A stretch of 57,614 nucleotides of DNA, filler included, from Sphacelaria rigidula (GCA_964200075.2; 7 parts of 7 records of this genome joined end to end with filler, not necessarily neighbours in it); one strand, 5' to 3'. Counted from the first letter of the whole stretch, positions 38,749 through 51,794 are shown. Numbers and translations are program-made. The notes: generated by a model not told the origin, from the sequence alone.

Positions 38749-39529
38749 GTAAGAGAATGCAGGATGCTGTATGATATGGCCACCCCCCTTGCTGGCCTCC
38801 ATGGAGTGAGTACCCGGTGACGCCTTGGCTTGGAGGTGTACACGTGCTACAAATTCGCGTGGTTCGTCAACGCGAGAGAAGAGGGATGAATGCCTGTGTA
38901 GTCAAGAGACACAAGTGTGTGACCCGGCTTCCGATATTACCGTCGATGTACCACGAGTTCGAGAGATCGAGCTAATGTGCAGAAATAGCGATGATCATAA
39001 GCATGAAACAGATGCGGACTAAGCTCCGTGTCCGCCTATTACGTGGCGACTGGGGGTGATCTTGATATCATCTTTGAGCGCTGAGTGCCAAGCGAAACAA
39101 TGAATTCACGGTCGACGTTAGCGTGGCGCAGTCGATGCAAGAGAAGCCCGCCGGACGGATTCAGGCTATCTACTAGGACTGAAATGAGGAGCTTGCCGCC
39201 ACGAAAACTCATCGAAAACCCGTGTGATTGTCGTGCACACCGCCTCTTGGCGTCCAGCAGCCCGAAAGTAATAGTGAGATCACAGCGGTTAGTGTACTTG
39301 GAATCGTTTCACTGAGACGGCTGGGTAAAGCAAAACCTATGACAACTACTTGCTGGTGAAGTCGCTCCTAGTGGTACTTGTTCAAGGGCTTGAGAGCTTG
39401 AGTTCTTGGGGACTCAGTCTTGAGAACTCATGTCAAGAGACAGTGGGAGGCTGTTTTCCTCCTTTGAGAACTACGTCGAATTCAAAATATCTTTCTTATT
39501 CAGATATATTTTCTCTGTTTTATGTGCAG

Positions 39530-39664
39530 GCTGCATCCGGTGGGCACCTCGAAGTGCTGAGGTATGCCAGGGAGAATGGCTGTCCTTGGGACAAGGTGGC
39601 ATGCAGAGGGGTTGCCAGAGAGAGAAGACATATGGACGTTTTGGAATGGATGCGCGACATGTGA
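39530..39664 (+). CDS. Ankyrin-repeat protein, terminal exon
   Basis: Acceptor TGTGCAG| followed by AASGGHLEVLRYARENGCPWDKVACRGVARERRHMDVLEWMRDM-stop, in phase with the previous exon. Confidence 0.88.
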   Translation, partial: AASGGHLEVLRYARENGCPWDKVACRGVARERRHMDVLEWMRDM

Positions 39665-40469
39665 AAAAAACTCTGCTGTATCTTGCATACAGTACTCCAA
39701 CTGTGATGATAAATGACTGAGTGCCTGAGTTAAACTAGTTCTTTGGGATATGCAGATGGTCCCTAGAAACGACCGGCGGGTATGGAAATATTATAGTCGA
39801 ATATGTGTTTGTATAAGGCAGGATTTTGATCCTTCTATTCTTTGACGCAGTTACGAAGCGGGGTACAAGATTGTACCCGATTAGCCGCGTGACCCTGCTA
39901 CTACAGCTTCGATTAGCTGAAGGTACGGCGCGTCACGGTGATTTTCTTTTATAACAAGGTTGTAAGCGGGGCAGGAGGACGTACTGAGGGAATAGCTTTC
40001 CCCAGCTGCTGTACCTCGCCTACCGAGGTCACTCGAACCATCGACCCGTCTTCAGGCCTCATTGGATATAAAGAAGAGCTTTTACTCGTCATCTACCCAT
40101 CGATCTCCCGTCTTCAGTGTCGCGAGTCCACAGCCTTATTGACGTGAGTCTTAGCTGTGCTGTACGATCACCCTCATCCACGTTTGATATTGTATTCTGG
40201 CTTCGGGGCTGTGTGGTTTTCCCCTTTGACAGCTGGGCTATTGTATTGAGAGATTGAAACAGCAGTTTGAGTCTAGCAAGTTGAACCAGGATCGCTTGCT
40301 GACACCTCACAAGGGTGTGGCTTGCTTGCGTTCGGCGTATACGGTTTCACTGCTTGCGGTATTGCCGATATCGCCACACAACGGAATTATGCACCCCGTG
40401 TCCAGTAGCTAGAAGCGGCCCACGGGTGCTCCATGTGGCGTGGTTCGTGGAGTCGTGGCGTCTGTGTTC

Positions 40470-40966
40470 TGTAGCCAAATGATACCAAGCCGTAGGTTTT
40501 AGTGTAATTGCATGCATGATTGGAGCAGTGGCAGGGGACAGGGGATCCTGGATTGATGATCCTTATCTGTGTGGCTTCTTCCTACTTAGCTCTTGATGTG
40601 GTCTATAGAGGATCACTCCGCAATAATAACAAGTGAGAAGAAAGGACTTGTCGAGCACGAGGCCAGTGCTGCTGTATAAGTCCCTCGTGGATACTGCTCT
40701 TGTTTAGATCGTCTGTCAGAGGCTACAATATCTAGATATTCATCCGGCACTCTGTTGGAGGATTTTTGGCTAAGGAGAGATTGGGCTGCAGCTTAGAGCC
40801 AGTTCAGCCCGTAGACAGGAGGAGACCAGCCTGAAGCGCACAGCGCTGGGAGAACGCTCCGTGAGCTGGAGGACGCACAAGTCAGGCAAGAGTATTTACG
40901 TGAAGTGTTCGGAGCATAGACAACATCGCTCAAGCGGCGGCAGCGCCGCTGGTGTTAGGTGAGCCA
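40470..40966 (+). mobile_element. Gypsy element 3 fragment: 5' LTR (40470-40727) plus leader
   Basis: TGTAGCC...GGCTACA is a perfect 7-bp terminal inverted repeat. The region is colinear with the reverse complement of ~26500-26984. Confidence 0.8.
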
Positions 40967-41026
40967 CTACAAATGTTAGAGCAAATGTCTTCGCAGTTTG
41001 GCGGCGCTCAGGACACTTTTTATGAT

Positions 41027-41059
<33 letters not shown>

Positions 41060-41125
41060 ACACACACAAAAAAAAAACACAAACCCCCCCGGGCATTTGT
41101 GTTGTGCGGCGTGGGGAGCCGCCCG

Positions 41126-41225
41126 NNNNNNNNNNNNNNNNNNNNNNNNNNNNNNNNNNNNNNNNNNNNTTAATTAATTAANNNNNNNNNNNNNNNNNNN
41201 NNNNNNNNNNNNNNNNNNNNNNNNN
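41126..41225. other. Artificial 100-nt contig linker
   Basis: N-run containing TTAATTAATTAA. Confidence 0.97.
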
Positions 41226-41471
41226 TTCATAAAGGAATTTGTCTTCCCCTCTTGGGCTAAGTACGCCTCATCCTTTCCCCCCCCCCCCCCCCCCCCCCCC
41301 GGTCTCTCTCATACTTTTCACATTTTTCTTGCCTCGAATGGAGTTTGTTGTCTCAAGGAATCAAACCGCCTTTCCCCCGGGTACTTGTCTCACGAATTTC
41401 GTTGTCGAGCAACACTAGATGCTGATGACTGTCACTCACGAGTCGAGTGGAGAGGTTTGTTTGATCAACGA

Positions 41472-41472
<1 letters not shown>

Positions 41473-41500
<28 letters not shown>
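41473..41500. repeat. (TTGA)n microsatellite
   Basis: Directly visible in the sequence. Confidence 0.85.
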
Positions 41501-41502
<2 letters not shown>

Positions 41503-42138
41503 GTCGCACATCTAGTCATCCTCCAGGGATCCAGCCGCGGTCACATGATAGACGTACCCAAGACGAAACGAACTGAAGCACTCGCTGAAGAAAAATACGA
41601 AACAGAAAAAAGCAGAACAGAACGACAAAGTAGAGTAAGACGTGAAAAGAAAAAAAGGCGAGAAAATCACTCGGTAAAGCGCAACTTGTGCATTGAAATC
41701 GGTGGAGATTCTATGTTCAGGCTACATTATGTCTGCTCTTACAGATCGTATGTGTATGACCCATTGATAATGCCGAAAGTCTGTTTACTAGGCGGATGCT
41801 CTCCCCCTCCTTCGGGTATGGCCTTGGCCAGCGCCCGCCAGTTGGAGTGGGCGGTGAATGTTCGATGTCAAGCGCGAACAAATAAATAGATGTTCACCCA
41901 GGGGGCGGTACGTGGGAGAGTCAGGAACAAAGCATGATTGGCGTGAACATTGAAGCATAGTCATCCCCTCTCTCCTCTTCCTGACCCCATGCATTGCCAT
42001 GAGTTCGCGTATTTCATGACCAAACAGGAAATAAGTAAGGACGCCTTTTTCCCCCCCACCCCCTTTTCACTAGGAAGATATTTCATTATTCGTCGATCCC
42101 CGTCTCCAAACGAGAACACCTTCGTGCGCTCACGGCAG

Positions 42139-42674
42139 GGTTGCTCATTGATTTCGGCCTTGCGGAACCGGCTGAGAAATGGGAAGACAGGGCGGCGGCG
42201 CTAGCGCAGCATCGCGACACGAGAGACAAGAAAATTGCAGCACTTACGAAGAAACAACATAACCCAAAGCCTCCCTTCGGTGCGACCAGGGATACTGCGC
42301 ACAACAAAGCGGGCTTCCCGGCGGCCGCGGTGGCGATCTTTGATGCAAACACTTCTCCGCACGAAGAAAATTGCCAGAAAAGGAGTCTCGGGGATGAGGG
42401 GGAATTCCGACACGTAGGGCTACCGGTAAAAGCCAGTCACGAAGATCTTTCACGGGAAAGTGCGACAGCTGGGGGCCATGGAGGATACCGACGCGGGGAA
42501 CCGGCAGCGGCAGCAGCAGATCGCGAAGGAACCTCTCGGAAACATCATCGGAGTGAGGCGGGAGAGTGTGGTAAGCGGGAGCGGGAAGGCCGGTTGGAAT
42601 TACTGAGGAAGGTCGAGAGGGCGGGAACTACGGGGTTTCGGGCGCCGGAGGTTCTCTGGCATAGTCGGGACCAG
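42139..42674 (+). CDS. CDC7: CDC7-family Ser/Thr kinase, exon with DFG, long kinase insert and APE
   Basis: LLIDFGLA, a ~150-aa insert, then RAGTTGFRAPEVL, matching the CDC7 signature RAGTxGFRAPEVL. CAG| acceptor and CAG|GT donor. Confidence 0.88.
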
Positions 42675-43597
42675 GTGGGGTTTTGGAGCAGTAGAAGCCG
42701 TTATCTCTTCGAACCGATGTTTGCACTTGGGATACTTGCTGAAGCGTATGTGTGAACTTCATGATTTCCCTGCGTTACCATGCGGTACTGTAGAGTTTCC
42801 GCAACGATGATCGTGTGTCTCCCCTTTCGTCATGTTTGACACGCGACCACGCTCTCCTCTCAACGTAGAACCTATTTGTTGAAATGAAGCGGAAATTCGG
42901 AACACTCCCACGTGGCTGGTTTCAGAACGTGCAGTTTGCAGTCAGTACCGACGGCAGCTCCGTATTTTTGTCTCAATGGGTGCAACTATCGCGTTCCACT
43001 TCACATGCCCCCCGCGACGGGGCTGCAGTATCCTCTCCCGTGTGCTCGGCAGTCGGCTGTTCGGTGCTCGATGGAGGCCCATTTACCCCAACTTTTCGCC
43101 AACTTCCATGACTGACACACTCAAAAACTGGTGAAGTGAAGGCGCGATAGCTGCCCACAAGACAACACCAGGCATACCGAGGACATTCGGGCATGGACGG
43201 TGTGGTGGATGCTCTAGACAAAGTACACGTTGACAGAGCTCAAACAGGCGCCTAGGGCAAGCGTCGGCTTGAACAAACACGTGTACTGCTCACGCTGTGG
43301 AGGACCAGGGACTGCAAACCCCCCTCCCCGAATCCGAGAGCGATGATACACACTGAAACCTAGTGCTTTTTAACTGTGTCCTTAGGCAACGGGTTAGGGG
43401 TAAACTGGGCTTTGGTTCAATGGGACGCTGCTCCCAACAATATTTCACCCTTTTCAACTTCTACGACTGTTTTTTTGCGCTCAAATTTCTCGTGTGACCA
43501 AGTGTTGGTCAACCCTTGAAAAAATCAGCACATTTTCTCTCACGATTTTTTTGCCGACATTTTTGCATGCAGTTATGATCAATGGTTTCCTATTTTT

Positions 43598-43735
43598 CAG
43601 GGATAGACAGGTTACACGTGTCACAGCGTTACATGTTACGTTCAAGTTACGTTTTGGCCGAAAGTAACGTGAACGTTAATTTCTTCGACGTGGTGAACGT
43701 AACGTCAACGTCAACATGTAACGTGTATATCCCCG
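43598..43735. mobile_element. hAT-type MITE in a CDC7 intron
   Basis: The TIR CAGGGATAGACAGGTTACACG matches the reverse complement of the right end at 17/21 positions. There is an exact 8-bp TSD CTATTTTT and internal AACGT/GTTAC repeats. Confidence 0.85.
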
Positions 43736-44099
43736 CTATTTTTTATCCAATATACTGTCGCCAAGAATGCGGAGGATTGGCGAACTCGCGCACGCGTCGG
43801 AGGTCCGGAAATGACACGCATGGTTGATCACTTAATACAACCATTGCACACCCTGGATAATGTCATTAGATTCTATTGTAAATCATGTACTGCGTAAAGT
43901 ATGGAATCTATCGTCTGCTGCAATAGGCGCAATAGTCAACACTGTACACAGTACAGATTTTTCGACAGTGTGTCCTTTTTTTTGTCCAGGGTGTGGTCTC
44001 TTGTACTTGCCCACCGGTGCAAATCTACGTGTACAGTAAACCAGTCGGTATAGCCTCGAATGCTTGTTTCCAAGCGTTCATCATGCTTATTCTATTTTC

Positions 44100-44225
44100 C
44101 CCGCTAGTTGTCGATGCTGCCTCAATGTTGCATCAACTCTCAAAGAAGCTGCACCAGGTGACGAAGGGCACTTTCGGGGGAGCCCGGAAGATCCGCACGA
44201 CCGACGCACAGCGTTTTTTCTGCAT
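44100..44225 (+). pseudogene. Possible PIF1/Helitron-type helicase motif II-III remnant
   Basis: LVVDAASML...LSKKLHQVT...FGG...D loosely resembles the PIF1 pattern LIVDExSM...L...FGG...GD. Confidence 0.25.
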
Positions 44226-45109
44226 CTACAAGATGATGAACATCTCTGCCAAATTGACAACACAGACCATACCACTTCTAAGACCTTATCTCATGGAGCC
44301 GACACAAAACGGGGGTGGTTGGCTCATTCAAAACATGTCCAAAGACCCAAAGACGTCACGGGCGAATGTCTCTTGCTGTATGGAAATTTCGGGCGGCACG
44401 AAGTGAACTGGAAAAATCGCCGGAATTGCACATGCTGGAAGTAAACACGTCGGTGGGATCTGAAAAGATTTGCAGGGTGCGGTTGCTTCCTCCCGACCGA
44501 GGCATAGATATAAACCTACCGAGAGAAACTTAACGTGCAAGGTACATAGGCGCCTGGCCGTCGTTCAGTTGGGCGCGGTATGCTTTGCGAGAAGGGAAAC
44601 CTTCTAGTGTTGACAAGGTGGCATCGGGTTGCATTTCTCTGAAAAATCGTTGGGGGGGGTGTCAGGGGCTGTTGGCTATTACTTTTAGTCTAGACGAATC
44701 CGGAAAACATCGTCATCCCATCATTTTGGCACCGAAACAACCCGAAACGCGGCGCACTGGTGTGCTCAAGGACTACATCGTGGGCTATCGCATTGTCTGC
44801 ATGGTGGCTCCATAGATGATGCTGTGAAAGTCAGCGAAGCAAAAGTGGTGCGGTGCTACACCACACATAGTAGAATGTGGCACGTCCCTGTTTCAAACCA
44901 TTTGTAAATTTGTGTCGACGGGCCGCTCGGCACAAAATGCTCCCCCCCCCCCATTCTGTGTTGAGTTGATTGAAAAGGTTGTAGACACACTGTTGAAGCG
45001 GTGGCATATTTTTGAGTTTATCTCCCCAAGAGAGACGGTTATGTCTGCCTTGATGAAAAATCACCCATAAGGTATGGCTGATGTTGTTTCCATGACATTT
45101 GGTCTCAAG

Positions 45110-45443
45110 CAAGTTACGTGTTTCGGAAAGTTTTTTTTTTTTTCTCGTATCACCCTTAACCCTTCCCCTTCTTCGGAACGAGCCCGTGGTCCCGAGGGAT
45201 CAATCCATCTCTCCCCCAGTACGGTACATGCCTTACATTTTGGTATCGCAGAGTTGATAATGACCAGTACTCCGGCACGGCATCGACTCTCGTAAAAAAA
45301 CTCAAGCAGTCTTTTTTTTTGCTGATCACGTCCTGACGCTGTCTCGACAGAAACCCAAACTAAACGCACCTGGCGGGACTCGAACCCACACTGCCCCAAC
45401 GTTATGGTGTTAGTTGTACCATTACACCACCGAGGTTCGGGGG
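45110..45443 (-). mobile_element. tRNA-derived SINE in a CDC7 intron
   Basis: The minus strand has A box GGTGGTGTAATGG and B box GGTTCGAGTCC, a 3' body homologous to 52190-52280, and an A-rich tail. Confidence 0.7.
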
Positions 45444-46145
45444 TGTCAACAGCCATTTACCTTGAAATGCAGCTTCGTTGCCCTTCGCTGCTGCGTCTTG
45501 AACCAATAAACACGAAGTGACGCAAACCCAAGCCACCATCATGCAGAAATCAAAGCTGCTGATACGAAGGGCAGGTTGGCTCCCCATCATTGCTCAGCCG
45601 GGCACGGTCTGTGCTTTGTTAGACAGGAAGCGCCCAGTATAACTGAAGCAGGGGTACCGTAGTCGGTACGGCTCTGGAGAGTTATTGAGAAGCACATCTC
45701 CATGATATCTGCGTGAAATTCGTCAAAGCAAGGGACACCGCACTGGCATGCTCAACGCACGTTCCGTTGGTCATCGCATGTCTTGGTGATGACTCCATGA
45801 TTGTCGCGGACAGCGTACGGTAGGGATCCAACAGCTGTTCTGTGGTACTGGGTAGTATTTTCCTGCGTGAAGTGAGCATGGCACGCCATGTAGTACGTCA
45901 CAGCATTATCGGTCCCGTCGCCACTGCCCGTTTCTGCGCAGAATTGGGTGCCTATTTTTGTAGAGATGCTCAAAATTGTGAGCAATATAAATAAAATAGA
46001 AAGAAATCCTCCCGTCTTGTACCTGCGACAGATGATTTCGCTTTTTTTTCTTCGGTTCGTATCGTTCGCCTTGTATGTGCCTCCGAAAGTTGATGTCATA
46101 CTCACCCGATTGTGTGCTTGCGCTCTCTATGTCTGTGCGGTCCAG

Positions 46146-46280
46146 GATCCCGCCGTGGACGTGTGGTCTGCCGGAGTGATCCTCTTGTGCCTCCTGTCTC
46201 GACGGTATCCATTTTTCCCGACGGCCGATCACGACGAAATGGCGATGGTTCAAATCGCTGCCGTGTGCGGGTCGGATCAG
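46146..46280 (+). CDS. CDC7: CDC7 kinase exon (subdomains IX-X)
   Basis: DPAVDVWSAGVILLCLLSRRYPFF...AMVQIAAVCGSDQ; 135 nt, phase 0/0, AG/GT boundaries. Confidence 0.9.
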
Positions 46281-47972
46281 GTGGGTTTGCTAATCAATAA
46301 TACCGGCAAGTGCTCCTGAGATCGTACGCGGTAGTCTTTGTCCACTGACCTTCTGATACTGGGACGGAGCGCTATTGACGGGTTGTCACAGGCCTAGGTG
46401 TAGCACATGAAATACGTCAAGGTTGTCCCGTAGTTTACGCTTGGGAGTGCGGCATTTTTCGTTGGCACAGCAGACCATCCCGGAATGTGTATCGAACATT
46501 TCGGTGTGGCTCGGCAGGGTATCGAACCCTGTTTCGATCATCCCGATTTGGTTAGGAAGGGCATTTACCAGTACAACATCCCTGTTATTAATTCCGTAGA
46601 TACCCTACTTTTAGCCAGTATACCCTACAGAGCACAACCTTGACATACTCGATCATTGCTCTATTTTTTGTTCTTGGCTTACACGTACTGTCGACGCACC
46701 GACATCAAAGCCGTAAGGAACGCTATGAGGCCTTTTTTATCCCCTGCTTTCAAGGTTTCGTTCTGCGTTTTGTACGCGTTCATTTCAGTTTTACCACGGG
46801 CGCACAAGTACCAGGTGTTATTTTCCACGCATGCGAAGAGACCAAGGCATTATACACCATATCGCAATGCAGCGGAAACCTAGTCCCGTTCACAAGCACG
46901 GTCGTCTACTTGCCGCGCTCCGATGGCCCAATAGTACAACTGGAAGTCATTGGGTAGGAGGAATAATCATTCGATTTCGGGCAGATGCAGGGGGGTTTTC
47001 TCCGAAAAGTGTCCGATTTTCGTTCTTGAATGTATGAGGACGTGGGTGGCAACGAAGGTTCATTTGACGAGAATCGACGCGGGGTGTGAGTGCTGATACA
47101 ATTCGTGATGTTCAACCGTGTCAGGCATGTACCGAAGGAGAAATGGGTTGATCCTCTAGGACCATGAACTTGTTTTCGAATAAGGGAAAAGGTTGAAAGG
47201 GTGGCGAGGAGAAAAAAACCCTGTAATGCGGTAGACTGAATTTGCAGCGGGACATGATTTACTTGTTAACTGCCGATCAAATCGCTCCATTCCACTTGGG
47301 AATTGCCAAGAGAGTAGTTTAAAACCTAGTGTTCGCGCGGTCTAATCTCATGGCCAATGAAGCCCGCACTCACATGTTTCAACACTATACAGTAGTACAG
47401 TACAGGACACTGCCCCCACGCACAGCACCAGCCGAAGTGAAGGCAGCGGGCAGCACCTTGTTCCTTCTACGGAAGACGAAGCAGCCAACACACCGTGAAG
47501 TTTTCAGCAGTGTGCAGCCAGCACTGCGTGCCGACTGACATCATTTTCTGCAGAGACGAACACGATGGCAATATCGCAGCTCAGACAATCCAACCGTCTT
47601 CGCAATGTGTTTACACCCCACAGTACAGTGAGAGCTCCAACACATGAGAGAGCGCGTGGGTGTGTTTTCGCCGCGGTGCAGCGGAACAGAACATGTCCCA
47701 TGTTTTATGCCTTCGCCTGATTTTGAACAGGTCCTCAATTTGAGCGGGTGCCGAGTTTGAACGCTCGGCCATAGTCGCGCTTCTTTTTTAATTCACATTG
47801 AGTTACCTCCATCTGGCTAATTCAAGTAAGTAGATCCTGTCCCGGTACACCTTCAGTTTGCCAAGGTATAGTAGTGTGCTCGTCGTTATCGCGACGTCGT
47901 TCATCAGTGTCTCATCGTGTGACACGTATGAAAACGTGGGCCTCTCGCTTCACCTGCTGGTGCTCGATTCAG

Positions 47973-48209
47973 GTGCTGCGTGCAGCGCGAGAGTGTGGAA
48001 GGTGCGAAGTTTCGGAGTTTCCGTCTGTCAAGAAGGCATCTATTGAGGTGCTTTGTGCCCCCTTGTTGGGCGGGGTGACGTGTGATGACGAGGAGCGACG
48101 ATTGCGGTTCCAAGCTCTTCGGTTGGTGACGGCCATGCTGAAGGTTAACCCGAGGGAACGAGTTTCGGCCAAGGATGCGCTGGCGCACCCCTTTGTGGCG
48201 GCGGCCTGA
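47973..48209 (+). CDS. CDC7: CDC7 kinase terminal exon (subdomain XI)
   Basis: TTCAG| acceptor followed by ...MLKVNPRERVSAKDALAHPF...-stop. Confidence 0.88.
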   Translation: MLRAARECGRCEVSEFPSVKKASIEVLCAPLLGGVTCDDEERRLRFQALRLVTAMLKVNPRERVSAKDALAHPFVAAA

Positions 48210-49370
48210 TTTCGATTCCCTCGATGATGCTTGCCGGAGTACGAGCGTGTCGTATTTTAATAGTTTCTATCTCTGGAGTGTTGGTCCCTGCAAGAGGCTT
48301 TTCTTCAGTTGTCAGGCCGTTCTCTCGGGAATTGTAGCAGTGAGTAATGGCGTTGACACCGCGGTATCATTTCGTTGCCAGTTGGCGTCATTGATATGTC
48401 ATAGTCGAAATATTTTGTATCGTCCGGGAGACAAGCTGGACGCCACAAACGAGATACTGAAGCATCACTTACGTCGGGTGACCCGGGCAACGGTGAGACT
48501 CAACTGGGCGCTGTACACCACTCACCGAGGCTTGGGCTAGAACAACACGCATCTCCTGGTCTATGATCTCGTGCTTGGATTTGAGCAGCGTTTACAATAC
48601 GACACGCCCCCATTCCCTCTCTACCACAGGATAAGGGTTAGGTACGAGAGTGATGGGGCGAACCCGCGTCCAAATCACAGTCTCATGACGGAGAGGTTGG
48701 TGGAGTCAGGGTGGAGCTGGTGGTGGGAAATGCCAGTGGGTATATTTAAATGCCAAAACGTAAACTAGTTCTCCTCTAACTCCTCGCCAAATAGTCATCG
48801 TACCAAGAAACATCGTATGTGGGGCATCCTCCGTGTACCCTTCCCCCTCCCCCCTGACTGATCCGGCGAAAACCCGGTGTGCTTCGTCCCGGCTTTTCAG
48901 GGGTGCGAGGTATGGTCTTATGACTACGGCATTCAAGATCATGGGTACCCCCTGCCCCCTGACTCTATCTACTCCTCATGTGTTTTATTGCAAAACACGG
49001 CTATTCTTGCAAACTTGCCCTGCTCCTGCTTCTGCAGCAACGTTTTTTTCAAATCCCGAACGCCCTCCGGCGCCCTCGATCTACTGCGTCTAGTTACAGG
49101 AGAACAATGTCCTCGAATATGTGCTGTTTCTCGCGTCGCCATGCGCGGTTTCCATGTTACTGGTCACTCAACACTTCTGCACATACACTTACTCTTGACG
49201 CTGATTGTATAGTATGACATAATATGCGCACGTGGAATGATGAAAGTACATAATCGATCAGTTTGCACGATGCATGCATCCTGTTTTTTGTGTAGCTGCC
49301 AGTATGCCATTAGGCCGCTTCTTATAATAAACAAAAATAAAAACCCGGAAAAATGTATTTTTGGAGCTTT

Positions 49371-49470
49371 NNNNNNNNNNNNNNNNNNNNNNNNNNNNNN
49401 NNNNNNNNNNNNNNTTAATTAATTAANNNNNNNNNNNNNNNNNNNNNNNNNNNNNNNNNNNNNNNNNNNN
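49371..49470. other. Artificial 100-nt contig linker
   Basis: N-run containing TTAATTAATTAA. Confidence 0.97.
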
Positions 49471-50888
49471 TTTCACTCTCAATCGTATCATCTACTCTCA
49501 ATCTCACGAAAACACTGTTACGTGTCGTCGGATGCAGTTGTTGGGCGAGTATGGAGAATTGCGATAGCTTCGGTCGGGTGTAGGAAGGCGCGTACGTGAG
49601 GGCACAACAAAAAGAAACGTAGTTATTACTATTTTGTCAGGGCTAGCTGTCTTGTTCCACTCCAGGCCACATTAATTTGTCGTGGGTCGAAACGCTTGGG
49701 CTTTTCAGGGAGCCGACAAAAATGCCGAACCCGATTGAAGAAATGGAACTCACTTCTGGAGGGAGATTTCCAAAGATGATGGGTCGCGTTATGTGCGGCT
49801 GATTGGTGGGGGCGGGAACGGAAACTCATTCCGCAAACTTTCCCCCCCATCCTAACCACGTACATCGCCTCTTCAGACCTGTCTTGAGAGGGCCCGAAGA
49901 ATGGAAAATCATCAGCAGAAAATCACATGGTGATTTGCGCTCTCCTGTGATCGATAGCAATGCGATGACATATTCCATTTCCATACACTCCCTATATTAG
50001 AGTATAGGCGGTGAACGACCCAAAAAGCGAGATCATGTGTGAAAAAAAACGATGGAAGGACGTGTTCTCGGAATCTGATGAAGAAGACGGTACAGGCTGG
50101 TTCGCGGTTATGATCCAAACTTCACTCATCAGCCAAGACCCCCCTCGCGGTAGTACGTACCCAGCAGCCCAGGATGGAGCCCGCCACATTTTGGTGTATT
50201 TCAAGATCCTGGCCGAGAAACCTTCCCACTCAACGTCTTGCCCCTATCTGGTGGCCCACTGCCGAGAAAATATATATTATATCCAAGTCTTCCGAAACTC
50301 GCTAATACCTGTGATGGTCTAATTGATAACCAACTAGACTACTGATCGCAGTCAGCGCTGACTGGTCAGTAGTCTAGTTGTTTGTCTCCTTAAACCGTCA
50401 CACATACCTTACTTTTTCGCCACTACATGGCATCTTTAACATCACAACCATCCCGATAAAAGTAGCTGGTTAAAGCGATGTAAAATCCACATTTGGATCA
50501 AAGGGACAAAGTCGAATACAGTATACATACGGAGCAGCTGGGCGGAACTCCCCCATTGGGAATTGGGATCGTTTTTTCCAACGTCTTCCATACACATGAA
50601 GAGCTACATGCAGCCTGATACCAGCCATCATGTATGTGCTTCATGGGTATTTTCTTCGTGGCAGTTGTAGGGCTGGTTCGGGCGGGGGGCTATCGCGGCC
50701 TTGCTGCCGTATGCGTCGCACTACTGAAGCTCTGCTCCAGCAGGCGGCGACAAGTGGTTGCTGGGAGGGAATATGTCCACACATGCATTCACTCACAGTG
50801 AACATAATCTAGCTGCGAGATAGTCGCGTTTCGAGGGTATATCGACTGTATATTATCGGTATTCGCTTAGTTAGAAATTGCTCGATAG

Positions 50889-51225
50889 CACACGCGGCCA
50901 TTTGGCTACACCCCAAAATGCCTCCGGAGGGATGCGCAGCCCTCCAGGAGGAAAACAAGCCTGCGGAGGCCTTCAATCCTTCTGGAGGAAACCAAACTCT
51001 ACGGACCTGGAGGGCCGCGCACCCCCTCGGAGGAATTTGGGGGTATGCGCGGCCCTCCAGAGGCAAAAATAAGCCCCCGGAGGCGTTAAATCCCTCGGGA
51101 GGAAACCAAAAAATATCCCCTGGAGGGCCGCACACCCCTCCGGAGGCGTTTGATTCCTGTCTGTGGAGGCTCGAAAAGCTTACCCACCTGGAGGAATTAT
51201 GGAGGTAGCCAAATGGCCGCGTGTG
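50889..51225. mobile_element. Non-autonomous CACTA/CMC-like DNA transposon (337 bp)
   Basis: Perfect 21-bp TIR CACACGCGGCCATTTGGCTAC with AG on both flanks (possible 2-bp TSD) and about 13 internal CCTCCGGAGG-like palindromes. Confidence 0.8.
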
Positions 51226-51534
51226 AGGCGAAAGGAGCCGTTCTACGGTGCACATACTGCCTGTCTTGAGTCCGACTAGTGCAGCAAGTTTCATGGCGGT
51301 GATTTCATCCACGGTCGAGAAATGAACAGGGAAAATTTCTGTTCAAAAATGTGATGCATTTTCTATGCGGGTCAAGTGCGGCCACTCACAAAAATAGTGC
51401 GGGCATTCCAGGGCATTCCGGTATGTTTTCGTGTTAAAAAAAAAAATCATATCGGTGCAGGGTTGCATGATATCCCCGATGTGAAGAGGAGGTGGTCCCT
51501 CGACAAACACTTGCGGGGAATTTTTTTCCTTCTT

Positions 51535-51794
51535 CTAGCGAGTGATGCTACCGTAGGGGTGCACAAATATTTTCTGAGGTTAGAATTGTTAGGAGCCCTT
51601 TATCTCATGCAAAACACGTATGAAAATAGGTGAAAGTACGCCAGGATTACTACTCCAATGTGCTGGGGATATCCCGAATGAATTTGCAAACGGGGATGCC
51701 CTGACCCATATTTTTTTGCATGTAGAATCGTTAGGAGCCCCTGAACCAGACATAATTTCGCTCTAAGTGCACCCCTACCGTAGCATTTCTCTAG
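51535..51794. mobile_element. MITE-like element with ~28-bp imperfect inverted ends
   Basis: CTAG...ATGCTACCGTAGGGGTGCAC versus GTGCACCCCTACCGTAGCAT...CTAG. Confidence 0.5.

Noticed and set aside
38284-48209. Ankyrin-kinase fusion or gene cluster
   Set aside because: The ankyrin gene has its own stop codon and lies on a different contig from CDC7.
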